Part shown: one piece after another, positions 28,747-38,459 of the stretch
Numbering within the stretch: the first letter of the stretch is position 1
Layout of the letters: every line of letters begins with the position of its first letter
Source of the DNA: Candidatus Omnitrophota bacterium
Lineage (GTDB): Bacteria; Omnitrophota; Gorgyraeia; 2-01-FULL-45-10
Assembly (NCBI GenBank): GCA_026387175.1
Contig: JAPLME010000007.1
Coordinates: forward strand, 487-64,486
DNA: 64,000 nt
Direction: 5' to 3'
Program-made: the position numbers and the translations under genes
The notes under the pieces: model-generated
Seen by the model: only the letters and a program-made list of their open reading frames with translations
Databases searched by the model: none
Told to the model about the DNA's origin: nothing

Positions 28747-29097
28747 CTAAGTCTTTTCAACTTCTATTGAATCGACCAGGAATTCTTTATTATATATGAT
28801 ATCCAGGTCTGAATCATTGCATTTAACGCATCTGGTGGTCGGTTTATCTACTGAAAAAGTATGTTTGCAAGAACGGCATTTTATTTCGAGCTGCAACACC
28901 TTGATATTAAGAGCTGTATTCTCGAATTTCGTGCCTTTTGTCATGGCCTTGAAGGTCTCGGTAAGGGTTTCGGGTTTGACATGGCTTAAAGGGCTTAATG
29001 CGGCATTTACAGTGATGATTTTAGAGCCTTTTGGTATAGTATTCAGCTTATCATTAAGAGCATTCAATATCTCTTTAGTAAACATCAAATCATGCAT
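28747..29097 (-). CDS. hypA: Hydrogenase nickel-insertion / maturation factor HypA-like zinc-ribbon protein
   Basis: MHD.. N-terminus (HypA starts MHE). About 115 aa. C-terminal CxxC-x13-CxxC (CRSC...CVKC). Confidence 0.5.
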   Translation of the reverse strand: MHDLMFTKEILNALNDKLNTIPKGSKIITVNAALSPLSHVKPETLTETFKAMTKGTKFENTALNIKVLQLEIKCRSCKHTFSVDKPTTRCVKCNDSDLDIIYNKEFLVDSIEVEKT

Positions 29098-29108
29098 TTA
29101 TAGGCTTT

Positions 29109-29501
29109 CTATAGCTGTATTTTTGACCGGATCTCTTCAGGTATTCTGGTCGGCTTCAAATTACCATTTACGCAGGCCCAAACTGCCTTGCAGATAAGTA
29201 AAGTGGTCTCTCCCCTTTTGATCTCCTGTATAAAATTAAGAGAGGCATTTCCTACTTTTTCAGGTCTGGTAAATATACGGATTATATCACCGTATCTGGC
29301 GGGACATTTATAGTCTATTTCCAGGTGTACTACGGGAAATATTATGCCGTTTTTCGCGTATTCTACAAGGTCTACGCCGATATTGCAAAAGTACTCTGTG
29401 CGGGCTTCCTCAAGATGCTTTAGATAGGCGCCGTAATACACAACGCCTCCCGCATCCGTATCATGATAGTACATCTTTTTTTGCAGGTAGAAATCTTTCA
29501 T
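29109..29501 (-). CDS. Acyl-CoA thioesterase, hotdog fold (YbgC/4HBT family)
   Basis: N-terminal YHDTDAGGVVYYGAYLKHLEEARTEYF, the 4HBT signature with a catalytic Asp. Confidence 0.65.
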   Translation of the reverse strand: MKDFYLQKKMYYHDTDAGGVVYYGAYLKHLEEARTEYFCNIGVDLVEYAKNGIIFPVVHLEIDYKCPARYGDIIRIFTRPEKVGNASLNFIQEIKRGETTLLICKAVWACVNGNLKPTRIPEEIRSKIQL

Positions 29502-29505
29502 GTTC

Positions 29506-30132
29506 TTATATCCTCAGAGCAAATTTTATGAATGCCAGTATGACATTCTCCGCTGATATTATAATCGGATTTAGTATTCCTGTAAACAATAAAGCGAACA
29601 GTATTAGCAGGCTATACGGTTCAATCTTTGCCAGCATCGCTTGGCCCTCTTCCGGCAATATACCATAAAGTATTCTTGAGCCGTCCAATGGCGGTATTGG
29701 GATAAGGTTGAACGCTCCTAATATAATATTGATCTTGGCCATGACCACCAGAATTACGGGAACCATCGGAATTGCGGTTATCGTTTTGAACTGGAGCAGC
29801 AGAATGGATAAAGTCGCGATGGCGATATTAGTCACGCAGCCGGCCAGTGATACACAGATCAAGCCAAGCCTGAAATTTCTTAAATTCGAATATACAATTG
29901 GCACAGGCTTTGCCCATCCGAACCCCACCAGGAATAACGCGAGCGTTCCTACCGGGTCCAGATGAACTAACGGGTTTAGCGAAAGCCTTCCGGTGCGTTT
30001 TGCGGTATCGTCGCCGAAAAGATACGCTATCCAGCCATGGGATATTTCATGCAATATTATCGAGTATAAGAGCGGGATGGCGAGGATGGCGAACGCGATC
30101 GGATCCTTAAATAATAGTGAGGCCAGCCCCAT
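29506..30132 (-). CDS. Site-2 protease family zinc metalloprotease (M50)
   Basis: HExxH in a TM helix (ILHEISHGWIAY). Multi-pass membrane protein. LDGSR motif. Confidence 0.7.
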   Translation of the reverse strand: MGLASLLFKDPIAFAILAIPLLYSIILHEISHGWIAYLFGDDTAKRTGRLSLNPLVHLDPVGTLALFLVGFGWAKPVPIVYSNLRNFRLGLICVSLAGCVTNIAIATLSILLLQFKTITAIPMVPVILVVMAKINIILGAFNLIPIPPLDGSRILYGILPEEGQAMLAKIEPYSLLILFALLFTGILNPIIISAENVILAFIKFALRI

Positions 30133-30147
30133 GAGTATATAAACCCG

Positions 30148-30837
30148 TTATTTTCTGGGATATTTGCTCAATATCTCGAGCAATGAATCTGCCGATTTAG
30201 GCATTTTTGCCATCTCTTCAAGCAGTATCTGTCTTGCTGAAAAACTCTTACCGTACAACGCAAAGTTACCGTCCCATTCTTGCGTTATCACGGCGCCCTC
30301 CAGCTTTACGCCAGCGAATAACCCGCGGCTTCTGGAATATGAAAGTATGCCGCCTTTCATCTGTATATCCGTTGAAGCTTCAGCGGCCCTGCCTACAGGC
30401 CCTGCCGCGACCGATGCATCGGCGCCAAGCTTAAATTTTCCATCCAGTATTCCGTCAACGCTTCTTCGATTCATTATAAGCAGGACGAAGTCCGTGCCCT
30501 GGATACCTATCTGCCATCCGAAACTGCCGCCGGCCATTGTAAACGCGGCTGGTGGCGACCACTGGCCGGTCTTTTCATCCCGTACCATAATAATACCCTG
30601 GCCGTATTTGCCGCCGAATATAAAACCGGCTGAGACGGTGTTCGGGAATATGCATATGGCATGGCAGCTTCTCATGAGATCTTCAGGTATCGACTGATCG
30701 GGCATCTGCTGTATCTCGCCGAGCACATGCCCGGCTTCCTCGACCAGTCTCCCCCACCTCGATTCAGCATATACAAAAGGGCTCGCGCAAGACGCAATTA
30801 CCATAAAACTTAACACTGCAAGAGCCAATTTTTTCAT
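30148..30837 (-). CDS. Lipid-binding SYLF (Ysc84/DUF500) domain protein, secreted
   Basis: GGAGG RBS before the ATG at 30837. The ORF-track start at 31098 would overlap the PiT gene. Signal peptide. SYLF-like core GFIFGGKYGQGI...GGSFGWQIG. Confidence 0.55.
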   Translation of the reverse strand: MKKLALAVLSFMVIASCASPFVYAESRWGRLVEEAGHVLGEIQQMPDQSIPEDLMRSCHAICIFPNTVSAGFIFGGKYGQGIIMVRDEKTGQWSPPAAFTMAGGSFGWQIGIQGTDFVLLIMNRRSVDGILDGKFKLGADASVAAGPVGRAAEASTDIQMKGGILSYSRSRGLFAGVKLEGAVITQEWDGNFALYGKSFSARQILLEEMAKMPKSADSLLEILSKYPRK

Positions 30838-30866
30838 GAAAACCTCCTTTTTATTTTCTTGCAACA

Positions 30867-31856
30867 CTACCTTTTCAAACTGGTTGCGTAGTATGCCATG
30901 GCAGATAATAACGCAGAACATGGTATGGTTAATACCCATGCCCACACAATTTGCCCGGCTACGCCCCACTTTACCGCGCTCATGCGTTTTAAGGAGCCCA
31001 CGCCGACAATGGAACCCGTTATAGTGTGTGTGGTGCTTACCGGGATTCCGAATGCGGACGATACGAAAAGAGTTATGGCTGCGCCAAATTCCGCGCAAAA
31101 CCCATCGACTGGTTTTAATTTTGAGATCTTCTGCCCCATCGTCTTGACAATACGCCAGCCGCCGAACATTGTGCCGACTGAGATCGCGCTATAGCATGCT
31201 ATGACCACCCATGAAGGCGTATGATAAGTGCCGCCTAAAAGACCGGCGCTGAATAGAAGACTTGCGATGATCCCCATCGTCTTCTGGGCGTCATTTCCGC
31301 CATGGCCCATGCTGTAGAAAGCCGCGGATACCAGCTGTCCTTTCCTGAAGATGTGATCGACCTGCATGGGCGAGCTTTTTCGGAATAGCCAGTAGACCGC
31401 TATGCCGATGCCAAGGCCGAGAACCAGACCTAAAGCCGGAGAGATGAATATGAAAGAGACGGTTTTTAGAATGCCTTTCCAAACGAGGGTCTTTGGGCCG
31501 GCTTTTATCAGGGCCGAACCGATCATTCCTCCTATAAGCGCGTGCGAAGAACTTGTGGGGAGACCGAAATACCATGTGATTATATTCCAGCCGCATGCTC
31601 CCACAAGAGCGCCGAATATTATGTGCTTGTCGATAATATGTATATCGATTATGCCTGTGCCGATCGTATTTGCGACATGAAGGCCGAAGAACGCGAATGC
31701 GATAAAATTGAAGAATGCCGCCCATATGATGGCTATGCTGGGCGAGAGTACGCGGGTGGATACTACAGTCGCTATGGAGTTAGCGGAGTCGTGAAAGCCG
31801 TTCAAAAAATCAAAAGCCAGGGCGAGGATGATCAGTAATATGATGCTGAGGGTCAT
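30867..31856 (-). CDS. Inorganic phosphate transporter, PiT family
   Basis: N-terminal GFHDSANSIAT and a second repeat GHGGNDAQKTMG. About 10 TM helices. Confidence 0.85.
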   Translation of the reverse strand: MTLSIILLIILALAFDFLNGFHDSANSIATVVSTRVLSPSIAIIWAAFFNFIAFAFFGLHVANTIGTGIIDIHIIDKHIIFGALVGACGWNIITWYFGLPTSSSHALIGGMIGSALIKAGPKTLVWKGILKTVSFIFISPALGLVLGLGIGIAVYWLFRKSSPMQVDHIFRKGQLVSAAFYSMGHGGNDAQKTMGIIASLLFSAGLLGGTYHTPSWVVIACYSAISVGTMFGGWRIVKTMGQKISKLKPVDGFCAEFGAAITLFVSSAFGIPVSTTHTITGSIVGVGSLKRMSAVKWGVAGQIVWAWVLTIPCSALLSAMAYYATSLKR

Positions 31857-31859
31857 TTA

Positions 31860-32489
31860 TCAGGCCTGTTTAACGAGTATGGACTGGACCACATGCGCGA
31901 CGTCTTCGCATATATCAAGCACCGTCTCCGCGTCCTGGTAGATCTCTTTACGCTTTATTACGTCTATCGGGTCCTTTGAGGTCTCAAAAAGCTCTGCAAG
32001 GACATCATCTCTCATTGTGTCGCCCACGTTTTCGAGCCGGTGCACCTCTACGCAGGATTCCTTTACGACTTTTAAATTTTTACTGTTGCGCAAGCCCCTA
32101 ACGGCGCATGCCACCGCGCGCGTCGATTCCTCGATCACCTTGGAGAATTCGATAAGATTTTTGTCCGCGCCGAGTGTCTTATATGTTTTCATGCGATTGA
32201 CGATAGTGTAGAGCATGTCGACTATATCGTCGAGCTCCTTAGCGAGGGCATGGATGTCTTCGCGGTCGAAAGGGGTTATAAACGTCTTGTCCAGGCGATT
32301 GAGGATATCGTGCGCGATCTCGTCTCCGCGATGCTCGAGGTCATGCATCTTTTTGAGTGATTTCTCATCCAGGACCTCCGGTTTGGTTACCAGCTCCCTG
32401 AAATTAGCCGCCGCCTCTACCGCGCAGGCGGCCTGCTTTTCGAAAAGGTCGTAAAAATTGAATTCTTTAGGAAGAAAACTAAAGCCCAT
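31860..32489 (-). CDS. DUF47 (PhoU-like) phosphate-transport regulator, partner of PiT
   Basis: Typical DUF47 N-terminus (LPKE.NFYDLFE..A) and LE..GDEI motif. Immediately upstream of the PiT gene, as is usual. Confidence 0.75.
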   Translation of the reverse strand: MGFSFLPKEFNFYDLFEKQAACAVEAAANFRELVTKPEVLDEKSLKKMHDLEHRGDEIAHDILNRLDKTFITPFDREDIHALAKELDDIVDMLYTIVNRMKTYKTLGADKNLIEFSKVIEESTRAVACAVRGLRNSKNLKVVKESCVEVHRLENVGDTMRDDVLAELFETSKDPIDVIKRKEIYQDAETVLDICEDVAHVVQSILVKQA

Positions 32490-32648
32490 AACGCTCCTTT
32501 TATTATTTTATTATTAGTCCTGTTTAGCACATTATAGATGGTGAAAGGCGTTTGTGTCAAGACGTTATAATCTTCTTTGAGGCCCTGCTCTTGCCTTTGG
32601 TTATTAGTATGATATAATTGATAAAACAAAACATAAGGAAAGGGTATA

Positions 32649-33899
32649 ATGAAAAGAGTCATAGCGCTTATTTTAGGCGGCGGACAAGGTAAAAGGCTTT
32701 TCCCTCTCACCGAATACCGGTCCAAGCCGGCGGTTCCGATAGCGGCAAAGTACCGGCTCATAGATATTCCTGTATCAAACTGCCTCCACTCCGGGATTAA
32801 GGACATATATGTGCTTACGCAATTTAACTCTGAATCCCTGAACAACCATATAAATAATACATACCGGTTCGACTATTTTTCCAGGGCGTTCGTAAGGATA
32901 CTTGCCGCAGAGCAGACGGTCGATAATACGAACTGGTTCCAGGGGACAGCTGATGCCGTGAGGAGAAATCTGTTTCATCTTAACCTTGAGGGCGATGAGA
33001 TGATACTTATTCTCTCGGGCGACCATCTTTATAACATGGACTATCGAAAGTTCATAACTTTTCACACGAAGCATGGAGCTGATTTCACTTTATCCGCGAT
33101 ACCGATAAAGACGAATGAGGCCGGTGAGTTCGGAGTTATAAAACTGAATCGGGATAACAGGATCATCGGATTTAAGGAAAAGCCCAGGAACAGGACTGAG
33201 CTTAAAGGCTACGTTTTTAAAGGCGATATGCATGGTGTGAGGACTCTGCCGGGAGCGTACTGTCTCGCCTCTATGGGCGTGTACGTATTTAACGCAAATG
33301 CCCTGATGAAAGTCCTGGAAGGCAATGACGCGGATTTCGGAAAAGAGGTCATCCCGAATTCTATAAAAAATTATACAGGGGCGGGTTATGTGTTCGATGG
33401 TTACTGGAAGGACGTCGGCACGATAAAATCATATTATGATGTAAATATGGATCTCGCTAGCGGAAAACAGTACATGTCATTCTTCTACGACGGGTCGGTA
33501 TTTACGAGGCCCCGCTTCCTTCCTGTGGCGAGGATATCCAACTGTAAGCTGGAAAAATCGCTGGTGGCCGAAGGGTCCGTAATAACGGATGCCAGCATAT
33601 CCCACTCGATCGTGGGCGTGCGCTCTATCGTCGGTAAAAACTGCAGAATATCGAGAACGGTGCTTATAGGCGCCGATTTCTATGAGGCGCCGGGTAGCTC
33701 CGAGCCGATAAAGATAGGCGTCGGTGACGGTACGGTTATAGACAAGACCATCGTGGATAAGAACGCCAGGATCGGCAGGAATGTCGTTATAAGAAATATT
33801 AATAAACTGAAAAATTACGATGGCGGGAACTATTTCATCAGAGACGGCATCGTGGTTATTCCGAAGAACGCGAAGATCAAGGACGGCACGCGCATTTAA
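32649..33899 (+). CDS. glgC: Glucose-1-phosphate adenylyltransferase
   Basis: LILGGGQGKRLFPLT..SKPAVP..YRLIDIPVSNC N-terminal nucleotidyltransferase signature, and a C-terminal left-handed beta-helix. Confidence 0.9.
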   Translation: MKRVIALILGGGQGKRLFPLTEYRSKPAVPIAAKYRLIDIPVSNCLHSGIKDIYVLTQFNSESLNNHINNTYRFDYFSRAFVRILAAEQTVDNTNWFQGTADAVRRNLFHLNLEGDEMILILSGDHLYNMDYRKFITFHTKHGADFTLSAIPIKTNEAGEFGVIKLNRDNRIIGFKEKPRNRTELKGYVFKGDMHGVRTLPGAYCLASMGVYVFNANALMKVLEGNDADFGKEVIPNSIKNYTGAGYVFDGYWKDVGTIKSYYDVNMDLASGKQYMSFFYDGSVFTRPRFLPVARISNCKLEKSLVAEGSVITDASISHSIVGVRSIVGKNCRISRTVLIGADFYEAPGSSEPIKIGVGDGTVIDKTIVDKNARIGRNVVIRNINKLKNYDGGNYFIRDGIVVIPKNAKIKDGTRI

Positions 33900-34770
33900 T
33901 CCCCTGGCAGCTTTCTCTCTTCATTAAGGTCTCTTTTATCTTTTGGATCGTCCCCGGCTTGTCGAGCGCCCAGAGCGGGGCAATATGGTCTGGCCTCTTC
34001 CCCTGGCCCGTAAGGCGATGTATTATGATGCCATCAGAAAGGTTCTCTAGGAAATCGCAGACAAGCTCTACATATTCTTCCTGGGCCAGGACTCTTATAT
34101 CGCCATTTTTATAGAGTTTTTCGAATTCGCTTCCCTTAAGAATGTGCAAGAGATGTATCTTCACGCCATCGACCTTCAGCTCGGTGAGCTTCCGTGCGGT
34201 CCCGACGATCTCCTCTTTTGTCTCGCCGGGAAGGCCGATTATTACATGTACGCATACAGGTATCGATAATTTTTTCGTATCGTCGTAGGCCCTTAAAAAG
34301 TCACTAAAGTTATGGCCGCGGTCTATGGTTTTAAGGGTTCGGTCGTGTATCGATTGAAGTCCATACTCCAGCCAGACCTCGTATCTGTCTTTGTACGAAG
34401 ATATCAATTTTAACTTATCAGCGTCTACGCAGTCGGGACGCGTCCCTATAGATAAGCCTATTATCTCTTCAAAAGGCAATATCTGGTCATAGATCTCTTT
34501 TAACCGGTTTACGGGAGAGTTGGTGTTAGTGAAGGCCTGGAAGTATGCGACGAATTTTGACGCATCCCCGGACTTCTTCAAATATTCTATCCGGCCTGAA
34601 AGTTGTTCCGTAATGGATTTTTTCGGGTCCGCGTAAGATGAGCGTGAGCCGTCTTCGTTGCAATAGAGGCAGCGATGAGGACATGAAAATCCGGCATCGA
34701 GCCCGATGCGATAGACCTTAGTGCCGTATCTTTCCTTCAGGTATGAGCCGTAGTCGTTGTAAAGTTTCAT
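33877..34770 (-). CDS. TIGR01212-family radical SAM protein (YhcC-like)
   Basis: CPHRCLYC radical SAM cluster motif near the N-terminus. Size and motifs match TIGR01212. The 3' end overlaps glgC convergently by 23 bp. Confidence 0.7.
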   Translation of the reverse strand: MKLYNDYGSYLKERYGTKVYRIGLDAGFSCPHRCLYCNEDGSRSSYADPKKSITEQLSGRIEYLKKSGDASKFVAYFQAFTNTNSPVNRLKEIYDQILPFEEIIGLSIGTRPDCVDADKLKLISSYKDRYEVWLEYGLQSIHDRTLKTIDRGHNFSDFLRAYDDTKKLSIPVCVHVIIGLPGETKEEIVGTARKLTELKVDGVKIHLLHILKGSEFEKLYKNGDIRVLAQEEYVELVCDFLENLSDGIIIHRLTGQGKRPDHIAPLWALDKPGTIQKIKETLMKRESCQGIKCACRP

Positions 34771-36560
34771 TTTGACCTTCTCGCGCTGTCCAGGTATATC
34801 ATAAGGATGGATATGGCGGCGGGCGTAACGCCGGATATGCGCGATGCCTGGCCAAGGTTTATCGGCCTGGCCCTTGAGAGTTTCTCTTTTATTTCCGAGG
34901 AGAGGCAGTTTATTTTTTTGTAATCCAGGCCCTCCGGGATCTTTATCCTTTCTATCTTGCCGAGCCGGCCGACCTCTTTAAGCTGTCTTTTTATAAATCC
35001 CTCATATTTTATCTCTATCTCCACGACTTTTGCTTCCTCCTCCGAGATATTTATCCTGTCTTCCGCCGGCACGACTTCTTCATATGACGCGCCGGGCCGC
35101 CGTAATTTTTTTTCAAGGCGCGTCATTTTAAGCCTGTTTATTTCGGAGCCGATCCTGGCATTTTTAGCTACAGCTTTTTTATACGTTGCCTCGTTAACCA
35201 GGCCGATATTATATCCGATAGGAGTAAGCCGTAAGTCGGTATTGTCTTCCCGCAGGATGAGACGGTATTCAACCCGTGAAGTGAACATTCTGTACGGCTC
35301 GTTAGTTCCCTTTGTTACCAGGTCATCTATCAGGACCCCGATATATGCCTGTGACCGCTCCAGGACCAGCGGTTTTTTGCCTTGAGTTTTCAGGGCGGCG
35401 TTTATTCCGGCCATGAGGCCGAGCGCCGCGGCCTCTTCGTATCCGGTGGTGCCGTTTATCTGGCCGGCGAGATACAGGCCGGAGACAGCTTTCGTCTCAA
35501 GCGTCGGATAAAGTTCGGTAGGATCGACATAATCATATTCGATTCCATAGCCGGGCCTGACTATATTTGCTTTCTCAAGGCCCTCAATGGATCTCACCAT
35601 CTTTTCCTGCACATCCAAAGGCAGGCTCGTCGATATGCCGTTGGGATAACACTGTGTTGTGCCGAGGCCTTCCGGCTCGATAAATACATGGTGCCGGTCG
35701 CGTCCGGGAAATCTATGGATCTTATCCTCTATCGATGGGCAGTATCGGACGCCCGTACCCTTTATCACTCCTGTAAAGAGCGGTGACCGATTGAGGTTTG
35801 ACAATATTATGTCGTGGGTATTTTTGTTTGTGTATGTTATATAACAGGGAAGCTGCTCTCTCGCTATTTTTTTAGTCTGGAATGAGAACGGCGTTATCCG
35901 CTCATCGCCGTATTGAACGGCCATCTTTTTAAAATTTATTGTCCTGCCGTCCAATCTTGCGCAGGTGCCGGTCTTGAGACGGCCCGTTCTAAAGCCGAGG
36001 CTTTTTATAGCGCTCGATAATCCTTTGGAGTTATCTTCCCCTATCCTCCCGCCGGCCCAATTTTTAAGCCCTATATGGATCAAGCCATTAAGGAATGTGC
36101 CGGGCGTGATTATTACGCATTTTGCGTGGAATATTTCACCTGATGCCGTTTTCACTCCCTCTATGCGGCCATTTTTAACTATAAGGTCTTCAACCATCCC
36201 CTCCCGCACCTGAAGTCCGGCCTGGCCCAGGATAGCTGTCTTCATGTATATCCGGTAAGCTTCGATGTCTACCTGGGCCCTGGTCGATCTCACGGCGGGG
36301 CCCTTTTTAGTGTTCAAGATACGGAATTGCACAGCGCTTGCGTCGGTAGCTTTCGCCATTTCGCCGCCCAGGGCATCGATCTCCTTTACAAGCTGGCCCT
36401 TCGCGAGGCCTCCTACGGCGGGGTTGCATGACATCAGGCCTATCGTGTCGATGCTCATAGTTATGAGCAGAGTCTTCCGGCCGAGCCGACTCCCCGCAAG
36501 CGCTGCCTCACAGCCGGCATGTCCTGAGCCTATTACTAATATGTCGAATTTACTGGCCAT
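34767..36560 (-). CDS. mnmG: tRNA uridine-5-carboxymethylaminomethyl modification enzyme MnmG (GidA)
   Basis: FAD-binding [17 protein letters not shown]-terminus. GGLAKGQ and [10 protein letters not shown] motifs. 597 aa. Confidence 0.9.
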   Translation of the reverse strand: MASKFDILVIGSGHAGCEAALAGSRLGRKTLLITMSIDTIGLMSCNPAVGGLAKGQLVKEIDALGGEMAKATDASAVQFRILNTKKGPAVRSTRAQVDIEAYRIYMKTAILGQAGLQVREGMVEDLIVKNGRIEGVKTASGEIFHAKCVIITPGTFLNGLIHIGLKNWAGGRIGEDNSKGLSSAIKSLGFRTGRLKTGTCARLDGRTINFKKMAVQYGDERITPFSFQTKKIAREQLPCYITYTNKNTHDIILSNLNRSPLFTGVIKGTGVRYCPSIEDKIHRFPGRDRHHVFIEPEGLGTTQCYPNGISTSLPLDVQEKMVRSIEGLEKANIVRPGYGIEYDYVDPTELYPTLETKAVSGLYLAGQINGTTGYEEAAALGLMAGINAALKTQGKKPLVLERSQAYIGVLIDDLVTKGTNEPYRMFTSRVEYRLILREDNTDLRLTPIGYNIGLVNEATYKKAVAKNARIGSEINRLKMTRLEKKLRRPGASYEEVVPAEDRINISEEEAKVVEIEIKYEGFIKRQLKEVGRLGKIERIKIPEGLDYKKINCLSSEIKEKLSRARPINLGQASRISGVTPAAISILMIYLDSARRSK

Positions 36561-36603
36561 AGATTATATTGTAACACGCTCTTGTTTTTTTAGAAATATA
36601 AGG

Positions 36604-36732
36604 TATACTTAACATTGGATGACAACGGCTCACTGACCCGTTCTCGGGTTCATGGTACACCGTACCGCAAGATGCTGTTGCCATCCGGACTTCTTCCCGC
36701 CATTAAGGAAAATGGCGGGTTTTTTATTTTTA
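36604..36732 (+). ncRNA. Candidate small structured RNA (about 115 nt) ending in an intrinsic terminator, in the mnmG / response-regulator intergenic region
   Basis: A TATACT -10-like hexamer at 36604-36609. A long-range stem ggatgacaacgg..ctgttgccatcc enclosing two hairpins. Then a terminator. No + strand CDS is present. Confidence 0.25.
36696..36732 (+). terminator. Rho-independent terminator, + strand orientation only
   Basis: Stem cccgccat/atggcggg with loop taaggaaa, followed by TTTTTTATTTTT. The opposite strand has no U-run after the hairpin. Confidence 0.6.
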
Positions 36733-36766
36733 CGCTCAAGCTAATTTATTAATATGGCGGGAGAGC

Positions 36767-37144
36767 TTATTTCTTGCGCAGCGGCGCAAGAGAAAGCATT
36801 ATCTGCAGCGCTTTCAATGCCTCTTCAAGATTGATCGGTTTCGTTATGTAGTAATCCGCTTCAAAGGCATATCCCTTCATTATGTTGACAGGCTCTGAAA
36901 TCGCGCTTACTATTATCACCGGCACCCATTTCCTCGACGATCTTATCTCTTCGAGAAACGCGAAACCGTCTTTTTTAGGCATCCTTATATCGCACATGAC
37001 TATGTCGGGATTATCGGAATCGAATTTCTTTATTCCATCCTCGCCGTCACATGCCTTTGATACTGCGTAGCCGCGAGCGGTAAAAAAATCCGAGAGCGTA
37101 TCTACGATATCTTTCTCGTCGTCGATTATCAATATTTTCTGCAT
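36767..37144 (-). CDS. Single-domain response regulator (CheY-like receiver)
   Basis: ILIIDDEKD acidic pocket, phospho-acceptor D in VMCDIRMP, and a conserved K. No output domain. Confidence 0.8.
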   Translation of the reverse strand: MQKILIIDDEKDIVDTLSDFFTARGYAVSKACDGEDGIKKFDSDNPDIVMCDIRMPKKDGFAFLEEIRSSRKWVPVIIVSAISEPVNIMKGYAFEADYYITKPINLEEALKALQIMLSLAPLRKK

Positions 37145-37193
37145 ATAGGCATAGCCTTACTTTTGCTGATCAGATCTTTCCGGAAATCGCCTT

Positions 37194-38414
37194 TTAAAGG
37201 CTTATTATCGAGTCGAACGTGCCGAAAGAGTTCTGTTCGCGCTCCTTATTCTGAGAATCCGATATCCATTCGCCGTCGATAATGAATTTGTATTTATGCC
37301 TGCCTGCGGTTAATCCCAGCTTCTTTTCCCATCTGCCGTTATCAAGCCTCGAGAGACGGCAGTCTTCGGTGATCTTCCAGTTATTGAAATCACCGACAAC
37401 GTATATCTCCTTTGCGCTCGGCGCGTCTACGTTAAAGAGTATATCCCTCGGAGAGGTCGTCGACTCTTCAATATTATTGGTAACTCCTCTGGGCAAGTTC
37501 ATGACCGGCGCGGCGCTTTCGCGCGCGACGTCACTTACCGTTTCTTCTATTCTTGAGCCGGATGATGGCAGGACGGCTTCGGCACTCCGGGCGGTCTCTG
37601 TAGCCGCCGTCGGCGATACGGCGTTCAACGCCTTTTCGAATTCAAGGGCTCCATCCGCCCTAAGCATCTCCTGAGCCAAGGCCATATAATCCTTCGCGCC
37701 GATAGAGTCCTTATTGAACCGGGTAATACATACCCCTTTGGCGGCGGCTTTTTTCAGGTCTACATTCATTCTTATCACGGTCGATAGTAACTGGTCCTTA
37801 AAGAACGCTTTTATCTCGTTATACATGACCTCAGAGTATTTTGTCCTCCTGTCATAGAGAGTGGCGAGCGCGTTTACCTGAGGCGAATGGAATATCTTTA
37901 TCTTTATCAGTTCCAGCATACCAAGAAGCTTTCCGACGCCCATCAAAGAGAGCGCGCTCATGTCTATCGGAACTATTACCTGGTCGCAAGCGCGTAATGC
38001 GTTAAATGTCAAGAACCCCAGGCTCGGCGGGCAGTCTATGACCATATAATCGTAGTCCAGATGGCTCATCGTCAGCGCCTGGTGCAATTTTGATACCGCG
38101 TCTTCCTTGTCCTTTAATTCCTGTTCAAGGGTGCTTAATAGTATATTCGCGGGCACTATATCCAGATTAGGAGAAACGTTGACTATGCAATCTTTTATGG
38201 GGCGGTTCTTTTCCGGATTATCCGTCAGGACGTTGTAGACAGAGCGGTCCATGCTCTGATTCGTCCGGTTGAGGCTGAAGCTCGCATGAGCCTGAGGGTC
38301 GAGATCCACCACCAGGGTCTTTTTACCCGTCTCCGCAAGTGCGCCTGCGAGATTTATGGCCGTCGTGGTCTTACCGCAACCGCCCTTTTGATTGGCTATT
38401 GCTATTTTCTTCAT
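37194..38414 (-). CDS. ParA/MinD-family ATPase fused to a C-terminal CBM48 / AMPK-beta-type glycogen-binding domain
   Basis: Deviant Walker A KGGCGKTT near the N-terminus, then a ParA-like fold to about aa 250. A Ser/Ala/Thr-rich linker follows. C-terminal IYVVGDFNNWK..HKYKFIIDGEWISD..NSFGTFDSIISL. Confidence 0.75.
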   Translation of the reverse strand: MKKIAIANQKGGCGKTTTAINLAGALAETGKKTLVVDLDPQAHASFSLNRTNQSMDRSVYNVLTDNPEKNRPIKDCIVNVSPNLDIVPANILLSTLEQELKDKEDAVSKLHQALTMSHLDYDYMVIDCPPSLGFLTFNALRACDQVIVPIDMSALSLMGVGKLLGMLELIKIKIFHSPQVNALATLYDRRTKYSEVMYNEIKAFFKDQLLSTVIRMNVDLKKAAAKGVCITRFNKDSIGAKDYMALAQEMLRADGALEFEKALNAVSPTAATETARSAEAVLPSSGSRIEETVSDVARESAAPVMNLPRGVTNNIEESTTSPRDILFNVDAPSAKEIYVVGDFNNWKITEDCRLSRLDNGRWEKKLGLTAGRHKYKFIIDGEWISDSQNKEREQNSFGTFDSIISL

Positions 38415-38459
38415 TATCAGTATCCCCTTTCTGTAATGTGGCCGCTATAAAAGGATATC

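Noticed and set aside
30838-31098. N-terminal extension (MRGIWRSHNS...) of the SYLF protein ORF up to 31098
   Set aside because: This would overlap the PiT transporter gene. The extension is Arg/His-rich nonsense, and a GGAGG RBS precedes the Met at 30837, which starts a clean signal peptide.
36696-36732. Hairpin considered as the terminator of the minus-strand response-regulator gene
   Set aside because: On the minus-strand transcript the hairpin is followed by AAGAAGUCC rather than a U-run. The U-run exists only in the + orientation, so I assigned it to a + strand transcript.
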